A stretch of 64,000 nucleotides of DNA from Collinsella aerofaciens. GTDB lineage: Bacteria; Actinomycetota; Coriobacteriia; Coriobacteriales; Coriobacteriaceae. Within the stretch, counting starts at the first letter, position 1, and every line of letters starts with the position of its first letter. Shown piece after piece: positions 22,693-32,610 of the stretch. A program made the translations under genes and the position numbers. The stretch covers positions 35,768 to 99,767 of the forward strand of contig RQAP01000047.1 in the NCBI GenBank assembly GCA_008671135.1, written 5' to 3'. The notes under the pieces were generated by a model. The model did not search any database and was not told where the DNA came from. It was given only the letters and a program-made list of their open reading frames with translations.

Positions 22693-23937
22693 TTACTCGT
22701 GATCTTGGTAAATCTCACGCGGAGCAAGCTCCGAATGTTTGCATTTTAAGGTCTTGGGGGCCTTATACGTGTTGCTCTCGAAGTCGATGTACTCGGTCTG
22801 CTTGAGCAGGCGCTCGATCATCTCCTCGTGATCGAACAACTCCCAGGCCTCATGCACGGCATCGAGTTTAGCGTGCGTCTCGGGACGGCGCGGCATAAAG
22901 AGCGTGCAGCAGTCGGGAGCGGCCTCAGTCGAGATATCGAACGTACCGATCTCCTCGGCGCGCGCGATGATCTCCTGCTTGTCCGAACCGATGAGAGGGC
23001 GGAACACGGGGATCTTCACGGCCTCGTTGACGGCCATGATGTTCTCAAGCGTTTGGGAGGCAACCTGCCCAAGCGATTCGCCTGTAACGATGGCCTTGGC
23101 GCCCTCGATGTGTGCAATGCGCTCGGCAACCGAATACATAATGCGGCGATACATGATCACGCGCAGATTGCTGGGACAGGTGACCGAAATCTCACGCTGG
23201 CAGTCGCCAAACGGCACCACGTACAGGCGGCCGATCTGGACACCCGGCTCAAGCGCACGGATGATGTCCTGCACCAAATACTCGCTCGTATCGGGCGTCT
23301 GCGGACGACCAGAGAAATGTACCGGCACGCACACCGCGCCGCGACGCGCGAGCATCCAGGTCGCCACCGGAGAATCGATACCCGACGACAGCAGCGTCAC
23401 GACCTTGCCGGCAGAACCCACCGGCAGACCGCCCACGCCGCGCTCGGAGCGCGCGTACACATAAACGCTACCCTGGACCACCAGTACGTGCACCATCGCA
23501 TCGGGGTCGTGCATTTGAACCTTTTTATCGGGGAAGGCCTCGCACAACACCTCGCCCACCTGACGATTGATATCAATCGAGGTGAGCTCATAGTCGGTAT
23601 TGGAGCGCTTGGCGTGCACCTTAAACGAATCGAAGGAACCAAACTCGCGCAGCGCCTTCACGGCGGCGGCACAGTACTCCTGAGGGTCGCGATTGGTGTG
23701 ATACGCCAAAGACACACGAGCAACACCGGGAACGGTGCGAATGACACGCGCCGCCTCGTCGGCCTGATGCTCGTTAAAGGTCACGAGGATATAACCGGAA
23801 ATTCGAGACACGGCATTCACGGAAAAGGCGGCCAAGGCCGCCTTGATGTTATCCATGAGGATATGCTCAAAATGTGCGCGGTTCTTACCCTTCAGTCCAA
23901 CCTCGTGATAGTGGACCAGGCAGACGCGAGCCGCCAT
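22693..23937 (-). CDS. thiI: tRNA 4-thiouridine synthase ThiI (no rhodanese domain)
   Basis: EVGLKGKNR, THUMP, GGLPVGS, SSGIDSPVA, GESLGQVASQT, DCC. Confidence 0.95.
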   Translation of the reverse strand: MAARVCLVHYHEVGLKGKNRAHFEHILMDNIKAALAAFSVNAVSRISGYILVTFNEHQADEAARVIRTVPGVARVSLAYHTNRDPQEYCAAAVKALREFGSFDSFKVHAKRSNTDYELTSIDINRQVGEVLCEAFPDKKVQMHDPDAMVHVLVVQGSVYVYARSERGVGGLPVGSAGKVVTLLSSGIDSPVATWMLARRGAVCVPVHFSGRPQTPDTSEYLVQDIIRALEPGVQIGRLYVVPFGDCQREISVTCPSNLRVIMYRRIMYSVAERIAHIEGAKAIVTGESLGQVASQTLENIMAVNEAVKIPVFRPLIGSDKQEIIARAEEIGTFDISTEAAPDCCTLFMPRRPETHAKLDAVHEAWELFDHEEMIERLLKQTEYIDFESNTYKAPKTLKCKHSELAPREIYQDHE

Positions 23938-24219
23938 TTAGGCTTCAGCAACCTTGTGGCCGAGCGCCTTCTCGTAACGGGCCTCGTCGTAAGAGATGTC
24001 GCCGTCGACAATCTCGTCCATAGCCATCGAGATGGTGTCGGCACCGGAAAGCCCGATGGTGATGTCATCGACATCCTGGACGGCAAGCACGCGGTTGTGC
24101 TGGCCACGCAGCATGCTATTGATGTCGCAGGCGCGCTTGGAGGCAAGCGAAGCGAGCAGGAAGCGGTTGTGATCGGTCTTCTCCAGAAGATCGTCAATGC
24201 AAGGCTTTACAACGGACAC
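23938..24219 (-). CDS. rpoZ: RNA polymerase omega subunit
   Basis: IDDLL..NRFLL..ASKRA; gmk-rpoZ synteny. Confidence 0.88.
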   Translation of the reverse strand: MSVVKPCIDDLLEKTDHNRFLLASLASKRACDINSMLRGQHNRVLAVQDVDDITIGLSGADTISMAMDEIVDGDISYDEARYEKALGHKVAEA

Positions 24220-24224
24220 GGACC

Positions 24225-24794
24225 TCAGATCCTTTCATGCATATCGAGAACGCGAACGAGCTCATCGGTCGCGCGGTCGAGATCGTCATTTACCACGACT
24301 TCGTCGTAGCGGTCGGCAAGGGCAAGCTCATCGGCGGCGTTTGCCATACGCAGCTCAATCGTCTCGGGCGTCTCGGTACCGCGACCGACCAGGCGCTCGC
24401 GGAGTACCTCAAGCGAAGGCGGCTTGATAAAGATCAACACGGCCTCGGGGAAACGCTCCTTCACCTGCAGGGCGCCCTGGACATCGATCTCCAAAATCAG
24501 AGATGCGCCAGAGGCGAGCTTGGATGTGACCTCGCTCACCAACGTGCCGTAGCAGTTACCGTGGACCTCGGCCCACTCAACAAACTCACCGTTTGCCACG
24601 CGGCGGTCGAACTCCTCGCGCGTCAGAAAAAAGTAGTTGACGCCGTCGACCTCACCTTTGCGTGGTGCTCGCGTGGTAGCCGAAACCGTCAGGCCCAGGT
24701 TCGAGCGGCGCTCGCGCACACGAGTGACGAGCGTACCCTTCCCTGCGCCTGACGGTCCAGAAATCACAAAGAGCTTGGAATCCTGAGCGCTCAC
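24225..24794 (-). CDS. gmk: Guanylate kinase
   Basis: GPSGAGKGT, SATTRAPR, EIDVQGA. Confidence 0.97.
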   Translation of the reverse strand: MSAQDSKLFVISGPSGAGKGTLVTRVRERRSNLGLTVSATTRAPRKGEVDGVNYFFLTREEFDRRVANGEFVEWAEVHGNCYGTLVSEVTSKLASGASLILEIDVQGALQVKERFPEAVLIFIKPPSLEVLRERLVGRGTETPETIELRMANAADELALADRYDEVVVNDDLDRATDELVRVLDMHERI

Positions 24795-25103
24795 TTATTT
24801 GGTCAGCTGCTCGAGGAGCTGCTCGCGCTGACGGACGCCGAGGCCCTGGACGCGACGGGTAGCGGAGATACCAAGCTCCTCCATGATCTTGGCGGCCTTG
24901 GCCTTGCCATAACCAGGAAGAGACTCGATGAGGGTGGAAACCTTCATGCGGGAAGCGATGGGGTCATCGGAGTTGAGCACGGACTCGAGGGGCTTCTCGC
25001 CCTTCTTGATCTGCTCGCGAAGCTCGGCGCGAGCGTGACGTGCGGCAGCAGCCTTCTCAAGAGCCTGCTTGCGCTGCTCATCGGTAAGCTGAGGGAGTGC
25101 CAT
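24795..25103 (-). CDS. mihF: Actinobacterial integration host factor
   Basis: MALPQLT.EQR..ALEKAAAAR..RAE, ESLPGYGK, RRVQGLG; pyrF-mihF-gmk synteny. Confidence 0.93.
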   Translation of the reverse strand: MALPQLTDEQRKQALEKAAAARHARAELREQIKKGEKPLESVLNSDDPIASRMKVSTLIESLPGYGKAKAAKIMEELGISATRRVQGLGVRQREQLLEQLTK

Positions 25104-25342
25104 TCGTACCTCCAAATAGTTGGGTTATATCTGATTCAATAATTGGCATTTTAGCACGTAGAACGTACAAAATACCCAATCGCGGCTCCATAGGTTAGAC
25201 GATACCCGCAAAAAGTGCAATATACTGCGCCCAAAGTTAAGCCCCTGACCTGCGATTCCACACAAAGGATGGGAAAGTTTACGCAGGCACAGGGGCTATT
25301 TTGTGCTAATGAGACCCAAAAGTGGTGACTTAGGGGAATCTT

Positions 25343-26059
25343 TTACGCGATGTTTTCGACCAGCTCGGCGACAATGGCGTCAAAGGCGGCAACCGGATCG
25401 TCGGCGCCGGTGATGGGACGGCCCACCACAATGTGGCTTGCGCCACGCTCGATAGCCTGGGAAGGCGTCGCCACGCGGGACTGGTCGCCTAAGGCGGCAC
25501 CCACCGGACGCACACCCGGAGTCACGATCAGGGCATCAGGACCCAGCAGCTCACGCATGTCGTGAGCCTCCATCGGCGAGCACACGATGCCATCGATGCC
25601 GTTGGCCTGAGCGAGCTTTGCCAGGCGGGCGGCCTCCTCGGCCACGGGCGACTCGACGCCAATCTCGCTCAAGGCATCCTGATTCATGCTCGTGAGCACG
25701 GTGATGGCGACGAGCTTGGCGCGGTCCTCGCGCGCCTCCTCGGCACCCTCGCGGCAGGCAGCGAGCATGGCGCCCGAACCCAAGCCGTGAACCGAGAGCA
25801 GGTCGGCACCGGCAAGCGAGGCCGAACGGGCGGCACCGCGAACCTGATGCGGAATATCATGGAACTTAAGGTCAAGGAAGACCTTAAAGCCCAGGTCCTT
25901 AAAGGTCTTGACGATCTCGGGGCCCTCAGCGTAATAGAGCGTCATACCAACCTTAAGCCAGGCGGCATGGCCCGAAAGCTCGTGGGCAAGCTCGAGCGCA
26001 CGCTCGCGGTCGCAGTCGAGAGCGACGATTACGCGGTCGCGGGCATCGGTCTCTAGCAT
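25343..26059 (-). CDS. pyrF: Orotidine-5'-phosphate decarboxylase
   Basis: FLDLKFHDIP, TPGVR, VVGRPIT. Confidence 0.97.
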   Translation of the reverse strand: MLETDARDRVIVALDCDRERALELAHELSGHAAWLKVGMTLYYAEGPEIVKTFKDLGFKVFLDLKFHDIPHQVRGAARSASLAGADLLSVHGLGSGAMLAACREGAEEAREDRAKLVAITVLTSMNQDALSEIGVESPVAEEAARLAKLAQANGIDGIVCSPMEAHDMRELLGPDALIVTPGVRPVGAALGDQSRVATPSQAIERGASHIVVGRPITGADDPVAAFDAIVAELVENIA

Positions 26060-26976
26060 TCGAAAGCACCTACCAGTTCGTTGATGTCCTTCACGCCTTG
26101 GGACTCAGCCCAGGCCTCGAGCTCGTGCGCGATCTTGAGCGAAGCGCACGGATCGACGAAGTTGGCCATGCCGACCGACACGCAGGTGGCGCCGGCCAGG
26201 ATAAACTCGGCCGCATCCTCGCCGGTCATGACACCGCCGACGCCGTTGATGGGGATATCGACGGCCTGGGCAACCTCCCAGACCATGCGCACGGCGATGT
26301 GGTGGCACAGCGGGCCCGAAAGGCCGCCCTTGGGCTTGGCCACGCGGGACTTGCGGGTATGGACGTCGATGGCCATGCCCTGAATGGAGTTGATGACCGA
26401 AAGGCCGTCGGCGCCGGCAGCCTCGAGGGCCTTGGCAATCTCGGCGACGTTGACCGGCGCCATCTTCACGAACAGCGGCTTATCGGTCACCTTGCGGCAG
26501 GCAGCCATAACGGATGAGGCGCCCTCGGGCGTAGAGCCCATGGCGGCACCGCCGGCGGCGATATTAGGGCAGCTCACGTTGATCTCGTAGCCGGCAGCCC
26601 AGGGGCACAGCTCGACATACATCTCGAGCGCGCGGACAAACTCGTCAACGGAGTGGCCGGCAACCTGACAGATGACCTGGCAGCCGTCCTTGGACAGCTG
26701 TTCGAGCCACGGACCGGACTCGCGGGCAAAGGCAGCCACGCCGGGGTTCTGAAGGCCCACGGAGTTGATCATACCGCCGGGAATCTCAGCCATGCGGGGC
26801 GCGGGATTGCCGGGCCAGGGCTCGGCAGCGCAACCCTTGGTGGTGATGGCGCCCAGCTGGGAAACATCAAAGAAGTTCTGGAACTGCCAACCGTAGCCAA
26901 AGGTACCGGCTGCGGTGTTGATGGGGTTCTGCATCTTGACGCCGCCGAAATCGACGGCCATGTTCACGGTACCCAC
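26053..26976 (-). CDS. pyrD: Dihydroorotate dehydrogenase B, catalytic subunit
   Basis: GTFGYG, NSVGLQNPG, EINVSCPN, GGLSG; start approximate. Confidence 0.94.
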   Translation of the reverse strand: MGTVNMAVDFGGVKMQNPINTAAGTFGYGWQFQNFFDVSQLGAITTKGCAAEPWPGNPAPRMAEIPGGMINSVGLQNPGVAAFARESGPWLEQLSKDGCQVICQVAGHSVDEFVRALEMYVELCPWAAGYEINVSCPNIAAGGAAMGSTPEGASSVMAACRKVTDKPLFVKMAPVNVAEIAKALEAAGADGLSVINSIQGMAIDVHTRKSRVAKPKGGLSGPLCHHIAVRMVWEVAQAVDIPINGVGGVMTGEDAAEFILAGATCVSVGMANFVDPCASLKIAHELEAWAESQGVKDINELVGAFEC

Positions 26977-27767
26977 TAGAAGACCACCACCTTGGAAGCA
27001 TCGAACACGGGGCCGCACATGCAAGCACCCTTCATACCGTCGACCGTCTCGACATTGCAGGTGTTGCAGGCGCCAAAGCCACAGCTCATCATGCGCTCAA
27101 GCGACACCTCGCAGTACGCACCGGCCTCGGCGGCAGCGGTGGCGACTTTCTTCATCATGACAGCGGGGCCGCAGCTGGCCACATAGTCGTAGCCGCCCTC
27201 GCCGAGCAGCTCGGCTGCCGGGTCGGTGCAAAAACCGTGCGTGCCCAGCGTGCCATCATCGGTGCAAACGTTGACCGTGGCGCCCAGCGCGCGGAACTCA
27301 TCGACACCCACGGCCTTGGACGCGGTGCCAAAGCCCAGGCACACGTCGACGGCCACACCCTGCTCGGAAAGCTTGTCGGCAAGGCACAGCACGGGCGGAA
27401 CACCGATGCCACCGGCGACGAGCAGGGCCTTCCTGGTGCCCTCGGGTACCATCCAGCCACGGCCACCGGGGCCCAGCAGGTTAGAGGTGGAGCCAGAGCC
27501 CATCTGGGACAAACGACGGGTATCGTCGCCCACGACGGCGTACCACAGCTCGACGGTGCCGGCCTCGGCGTCGGCGCGGTAGTAGCTCAGGGGCACGCGA
27601 AGCAGCGAGGACGCATCGCCGGGTACGGCGATGTTCACAAACTGACCGGGCTTGAGCGCACTTGCAAGCTTGGGGGCCGAGATGACGAGCGAGAAGATGC
27701 CGTCGGCAATCTCCCGGTTCGAGACGACCTCGAAGTCGTGCATGCGTGCAGTGGAAGGTGTGGGCAT
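26976..27767 (-). CDS. pyrK: Dihydroorotate dehydrogenase electron transfer subunit
   Basis: PGQFV, AGGIGVPP, CGP, ERMMSCGFGACNTC..C..GPVF. Confidence 0.94.
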   Translation of the reverse strand: MPTPSTARMHDFEVVSNREIADGIFSLVISAPKLASALKPGQFVNIAVPGDASSLLRVPLSYYRADAEAGTVELWYAVVGDDTRRLSQMGSGSTSNLLGPGGRGWMVPEGTRKALLVAGGIGVPPVLCLADKLSEQGVAVDVCLGFGTASKAVGVDEFRALGATVNVCTDDGTLGTHGFCTDPAAELLGEGGYDYVASCGPAVMMKKVATAAAEAGAYCEVSLERMMSCGFGACNTCNVETVDGMKGACMCGPVFDASKVVVF

Positions 27768-27859
27768 AGACGCTCCAATCCCCCATGCGGTTGCATGGTC
27801 CAAACTAATAGAAAGCGCGGCACCGCAAGGGCGCCGCGCACAAAAGCGATAAGGCTATG

Positions 27860-29149
27860 CTAGCAGATGCAGCCGTCGGCAAGCGTCTGCTTACCGCCGA
27901 CAAACACATCGGTGGCACGACCGGTGAGCGTGCGGCCGGCAAAACCGGAGTTCTCGGCGCGCGACTCGTAACCGTCCTCGCCAACCGTCCAGGTTGCGGA
28001 GGGGTCGAACACGGTCAGGTCGGCAACGGAGCCCGCCTTGACCTGAACCTGGTCGAGACCCAGGATCTCACGCGGCTTGATGGCCATGAGCTCGACCATG
28101 CGGCCCATGCTCATCTTGCCCGTGTTGACCAGCTCGGTGAGTACGAGCGACAGCGAGGTCTCGAGGCCGATCATACCAAAGGGCGCAAGCTCGAACTCAC
28201 GGGCCTTCTCCCACGGGGTGTGAGGAGCGTGATCGGTGACGATAACGTCGACGGTGCCGTCGATGACGCCCTGACGGATGGCCTCGGCATCCTCCTCGGT
28301 ACGCAGCGGCGGGTTGACCTTGAGCGAGGTGTTGTAGGTCTCGTCCAGGTCGTTCTCGGTCAGGAACATGTGGTGCGGGGTGGCCTCGCAGGTAACCTGA
28401 ACGCCAGCGGCCTTACCGGCACGCACGATCTCCAGGCCATGGGCGGTGGAGATGTGCTGGATGTGCAGCTTGGCACCAGTCAGCTTGGCGATCTCGATGT
28501 CGCGGGCGATCTGGAGCTCCTCGCCGGCAGCCGGCCAACCCTCGAGAGCCAGACGGGTCGAGACCTTGCCCTCGTTGATCTGGCCGTGGCCGACCAGGTC
28601 CTCGTCCTGGCAGTGGCTCATAAAGACCTTGCCGAACATCTTGCCGTAGTCCATGCAGCGACGGAGCATGCCAGCGCCCTGCACGCCGCGACCGTCGTCG
28701 GTGAAGGCGACGGCGCCGTGGGCGACCATATCGCCCATCTCGGACATGGCCTCGCCCTTAAGACCGCGGGTCATGGCGCCCGACGGATAGACGCGGCAGT
28801 GGCCGACCTCGGCAGCGCGGGACTTGACGAACTCCACGACAGTGCCGTTATCGGTGACGGGATCGGTGTTGGGCATGGCGCACACGCCGGTAAAGCCGCC
28901 CTTGGCAGCTGCGCGGGTGCCGCTCTCGATGTCCTCTTTGACCTCGTAGCCGGGCTCGCGAAGGTGAACGTGCATATCCACCAGGCCGGGGACGAGGTAC
29001 TTGCCGGAAAGGTCGCGGACCTCGGCTCCCTCGACGGTGAGATTCTCGCCGACCTCGGCGATCTTATCGCCGTCAATCAGGACGTCAACGACACCGTCAA
29101 GCTCGACGGACGGGTCGACGACGTGGGCATTCTTAAGAAGCAAGGCCAT
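27860..29149 (-). CDS. pyrC: Dihydroorotase
   Basis: DMHVHLREPG, MPNT, KVNPPLR, TDHAPH; ATG 29149. Confidence 0.96.
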   Translation of the reverse strand: MALLLKNAHVVDPSVELDGVVDVLIDGDKIAEVGENLTVEGAEVRDLSGKYLVPGLVDMHVHLREPGYEVKEDIESGTRAAAKGGFTGVCAMPNTDPVTDNGTVVEFVKSRAAEVGHCRVYPSGAMTRGLKGEAMSEMGDMVAHGAVAFTDDGRGVQGAGMLRRCMDYGKMFGKVFMSHCQDEDLVGHGQINEGKVSTRLALEGWPAAGEELQIARDIEIAKLTGAKLHIQHISTAHGLEIVRAGKAAGVQVTCEATPHHMFLTENDLDETYNTSLKVNPPLRTEEDAEAIRQGVIDGTVDVIVTDHAPHTPWEKAREFELAPFGMIGLETSLSLVLTELVNTGKMSMGRMVELMAIKPREILGLDQVQVKAGSVADLTVFDPSATWTVGEDGYESRAENSGFAGRTLTGRATDVFVGGKQTLADGCIC

Positions 29150-30077
29150 TATCGGCACCTCCAAGCAGCAGATACAGGATAGCCATACGCACGCAGATAC
29201 CGGCGTAGACCTGCTCCAGGATGACGGAGCGTTGCGGGTGGTCGGCCATATAGGAGTCGAACTCGACGCCGCGGTTGATGGGGCCCGGGTGGCAGATGAT
29301 CGCATCGGGCTTCATGAGCTTCTCGCGGTCCTTGGTCAGGCCGAAGAGCTTGTGGTACTCGCGAATGGTCGGGAACGGAGCACCCTCGAGACGCTCCTGC
29401 TGCACGCGCAGCATGTAGACGACGTCCAGCTCGGGCAGGACGGAATCAAGGTCGCTCGTCACGTGGTCGCAGCCCAAGACCTCGGGCGACGGCGGCAGCA
29501 GCGTGCCGGGGGCGACGGCGTAGGTCTCGCAGCCCATGATCTTAAGGGCGGGGATCAGCGAGCCGCAAACGCGGGAGTGGGCGATATCGCCGACGACGGC
29601 GACCTTCAGACCGTGGAAGTCACCCTTGTGCTCCCAGATGGTGTACAGGTCGAGCAGGGCCTGCGTGGGATGGTTGTGCTTGCCGTCGCCGGCGCAGATG
29701 ACGCTTGCGGGCGAGTTCTGCGTGACGATGTAGGGAGCGCCGGCGTGCTTGTCGCGCACGACGATGCAGTCGATCTTATAGGCGTTGAGGGTCTCGACGG
29801 TGTCGACGAGGCTCTCGCCCTTGACCGTGGAGGTCGAGGAGCCGCCAAAGTTAAGGCTGTCGGCCGAAAGACGCTTCTCGGCGAGCTCGAAGGAGCTGCG
29901 GGTGCGCGTCGAGGGCTCGTTGAACATGTTGACGATGGTCTTGCCCTTGAGCGTGGGGACCTTCTTGATGGCACGCTCGTTGACCTCGGAGAACGCCTTG
30001 GCGGTCTCGAGGATGAGCTTGATGTCCTCTTCGGAGTACTCGGTAATGTCGATCAGGTGCTTATGGTTGAACGCCAC
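29133..30077 (-). CDS. pyrB: Aspartate carbamoyltransferase
   Basis: STRTRSSFE, HPTQALLD, LRVQQER, HPGP; GTG 30077. Confidence 0.97.
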   Translation of the reverse strand: MAFNHKHLIDITEYSEEDIKLILETAKAFSEVNERAIKKVPTLKGKTIVNMFNEPSTRTRSSFELAEKRLSADSLNFGGSSTSTVKGESLVDTVETLNAYKIDCIVVRDKHAGAPYIVTQNSPASVICAGDGKHNHPTQALLDLYTIWEHKGDFHGLKVAVVGDIAHSRVCGSLIPALKIMGCETYAVAPGTLLPPSPEVLGCDHVTSDLDSVLPELDVVYMLRVQQERLEGAPFPTIREYHKLFGLTKDREKLMKPDAIICHPGPINRGVEFDSYMADHPQRSVILEQVYAGICVRMAILYLLLGGADNGLAS

Positions 30078-30081
30078 GGTA

Positions 30082-30826
<745 letters not shown>

Positions 30827-31117
30827 GCCAACCTCGAGCTTAATTGCGAGCATAAATACAGAGCAATCCGTAAACGGAGCCCAACACTCCATAAACCTAT
30901 ATATATTTGTGGGACGAGCTTGAAAACCTTGATTCGAGCTGGCATAATCCCCTCTGCTGCACGCAAATCGGATCTACGTCCAGGGCCGTAGCGTGGGCAC
31001 TATCGCCAAAAGAGGAATATCTCTGTGTAGATTGCGCACAGGGAGCTGCTTCTGTGCTATAGTTCAGGCTTGTTTGTTAACGCGACATGTTCGTTTGTCG
31101 CCCAAGGAGGGTCAGTT

Positions 31118-31306
31118 ATGTCCAAAGTTTGCGAAGTTTGCGGTAAGCACCCCGTTGCCGGTCGCTCCATCAGCCACTCTCACCGCGTCACCAACCGTAA
31201 GTTCCGCCCCAACATCCAGCGCGTGTACGTCGTCGTCGATGGTCACCGTCGCAAGATGAACGTTTGCTCCACCTGCCTCAAGTCCGGCAAGGTTGCGCGC
31301 TCCTAA
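31118..31306 (+). CDS. rpmB: 50S ribosomal protein L28 (Zn-binding form)
   Basis: MSKVCEVCGK, SHSHRVTNRKFRPNIQ, CSTC; AGGAGG SD. Confidence 0.97.
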   Translation: MSKVCEVCGKHPVAGRSISHSHRVTNRKFRPNIQRVYVVVDGHRRKMNVCSTCLKSGKVARS

Positions 31307-31374
31307 ATAAGGTCTTACCAACAAGTACCTCGGACTCTCCGGGTCAAAGACCTCGCGTTCATATAGAACTTACC

Positions 31375-31407
31375 AAAGGCGCCCTCCCCTACGGAGGGCG
31401 CTTTTTT
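31375..31407 (+). terminator. Intrinsic terminator after rpmB
   Basis: GCGCCCTCC-CCTAC-GGAGGGCGC-TTTTTT. Confidence 0.88.
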
Positions 31408-31411
31408 GCAG

Positions 31412-31461
31412 TCATTGGGGACAGACTTAGATGAGTGTTTTCACGCATTGGGGACAGACAT
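31412..31461 (+). repeat. Left REP-like repeat (2x CATTGGGGACAGAC around a small hairpin)
   Basis: 45/50 identical to the reverse complement of 32407-32456. Confidence 0.88.
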
Positions 31462-31502
31462 GGCGCACGCAAGCGGCACACCGACTGGCTCCGGCTCCTG
31501 CC

Positions 31503-32279
31503 TCACGCTGCATCCTTCCAGCCTGCAGTTGCCTTGGTCACGCTCGTGGCGCCGATACCGGTGATACGGGCAATTTGCTTAACCGTGAGATGTGCCCGCC
31601 TGAGCCTCAGCAGGCAGGCATCGCGTTCGGGGCGTGGCAGGGCCTTGAGCAGCGAAGGATCTATGCTCGGCAGAACTTCGCGCGCAACGGAAAGGGCCTC
31701 CTCATCGGGGATCCGCCGGCGTGGAAGAACCTCCATTGACCAGATGCACCCGGCAACTTCCTCGAGATGCTCGCAATAGCAACGGGAGCCACCGACAATA
31801 TCGAGCATAGGGGCCGCATCACAGATGTCAAAGGGATCATAGCCCAGCTGGTATGCCCTAAAGCTTGACCAGCGGTATGCTTCGAGAGAGTCGATCGAAC
31901 CTTTCACAGGATTGAGATGGATATAATCGAGTAGCTGCACCGCCTGTGTGTCTGACTCAACCGCAACACGCGAATAGCGATTGTCAAACAGATGGCCCGT
32001 TCTTCCCGTTTTCCCATTGAAATACTTAGCATACGCCGTCAGTGCGCACTGCATTGCCTTTGAAAGGTTGTCATATGGGTCATCAACCATCAAATGGAAG
32101 TGGTTGTCCATAAGGCACCAAGCCAACACTGCCACTTTATGGCGTGCAAACCTGTCCGAGATGTCCGATAAGAAACGATATCGGTCAGAGTCATCTTCAA
32201 AAATAATCTGCTTGGAGTTGCCACGGTCAAAGACGTGGTAATAGCCGGTGAGCGAAACGGCGCGGGCGCATCGGGGCAT
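31503..32279 (-). CDS. REP-associated tyrosine (HUH/Y1) transposase with C-terminal HTH
   Basis: YHVFDRGN.KQIIF, WCLMDNHFHL (HUH), GHLF, YIHLNP, YRWSS; ATG 32279 with AGGAGA SD. Confidence 0.9.
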   Translation of the reverse strand: MPRCARAVSLTGYYHVFDRGNSKQIIFEDDSDRYRFLSDISDRFARHKVAVLAWCLMDNHFHLMVDDPYDNLSKAMQCALTAYAKYFNGKTGRTGHLFDNRYSRVAVESDTQAVQLLDYIHLNPVKGSIDSLEAYRWSSFRAYQLGYDPFDICDAAPMLDIVGGSRCYCEHLEEVAGCIWSMEVLPRRRIPDEEALSVAREVLPSIDPSLLKALPRPERDACLLRLRRAHLTVKQIARITGIGATSVTKATAGWKDAA

Positions 32280-32406
32280 AATCTCTCCTTTCAAACTGAA
32301 CAGGCAACACCTAAAAGGAGAGAAGGAACGCGAAATGCTGAGCCTGTGACCTATTTATATCCAATGAGCGGCAAAAACAGGTCCAGAACGGCAAAATGGC
32401 AAAACG

Positions 32407-32456
32407 ATGTCTGTCCCAAATGAGTGAAAGCACTCATGTAAGCCTGTCCCCAATGA
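32407..32456 (-). repeat. Right REP-like repeat
   Basis: Inverted copy of 31412-31461; perfect ATGAGTG-AAAG-CACTCAT hairpin. Confidence 0.88.
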
Positions 32457-32488
32457 GCGGGGCGGTGGAGCAGGCAGATAGTTTTAGT

Positions 32489-32570
32489 TAAAACGCTTCA
32501 GTTTATTGAAGCGTTTTAGTTTGTCTTTTACGGGAATCTGACCGTTCACCGAATTATTTCTTGCTATCAT
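32489..32570 (+). promoter_or_regulatory. adhE promoter: paired LacI/cre-like operators and extended -10 TGcTATCAT
   Basis: TAAAACGCTTCA-N6-TGAAGCGTTTTA perfect inverted repeat; -10 at 32565-32570. Confidence 0.55.
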
Positions 32571-32610
32571 GCATCTCGTAGGGTAAATCTCCGATCGCAA
32601 GGAGACACAA

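Larger units (their letters stand above)
31412..32456. mobile_element. RAYT locus bounded by 50-bp inverted REP-like repeats
   Basis: HUH transposase ORF between inverted repeats 31412-31461 and 32407-32456. Confidence 0.7.

Noticed and set aside
25148..25157. TTTTAGCACG recurring here, after adhE and upstream of ppdK
   Set aside because: Short; here it reads as an extended -10 (TGcTAAAAT) for mihF, and the other positions are inconsistent
31412..31461. Link between the RAYT-flanking repeats and the 3.2-3.6 kb elements
   Set aside because: No shared sequence motif visible; treated as separate families
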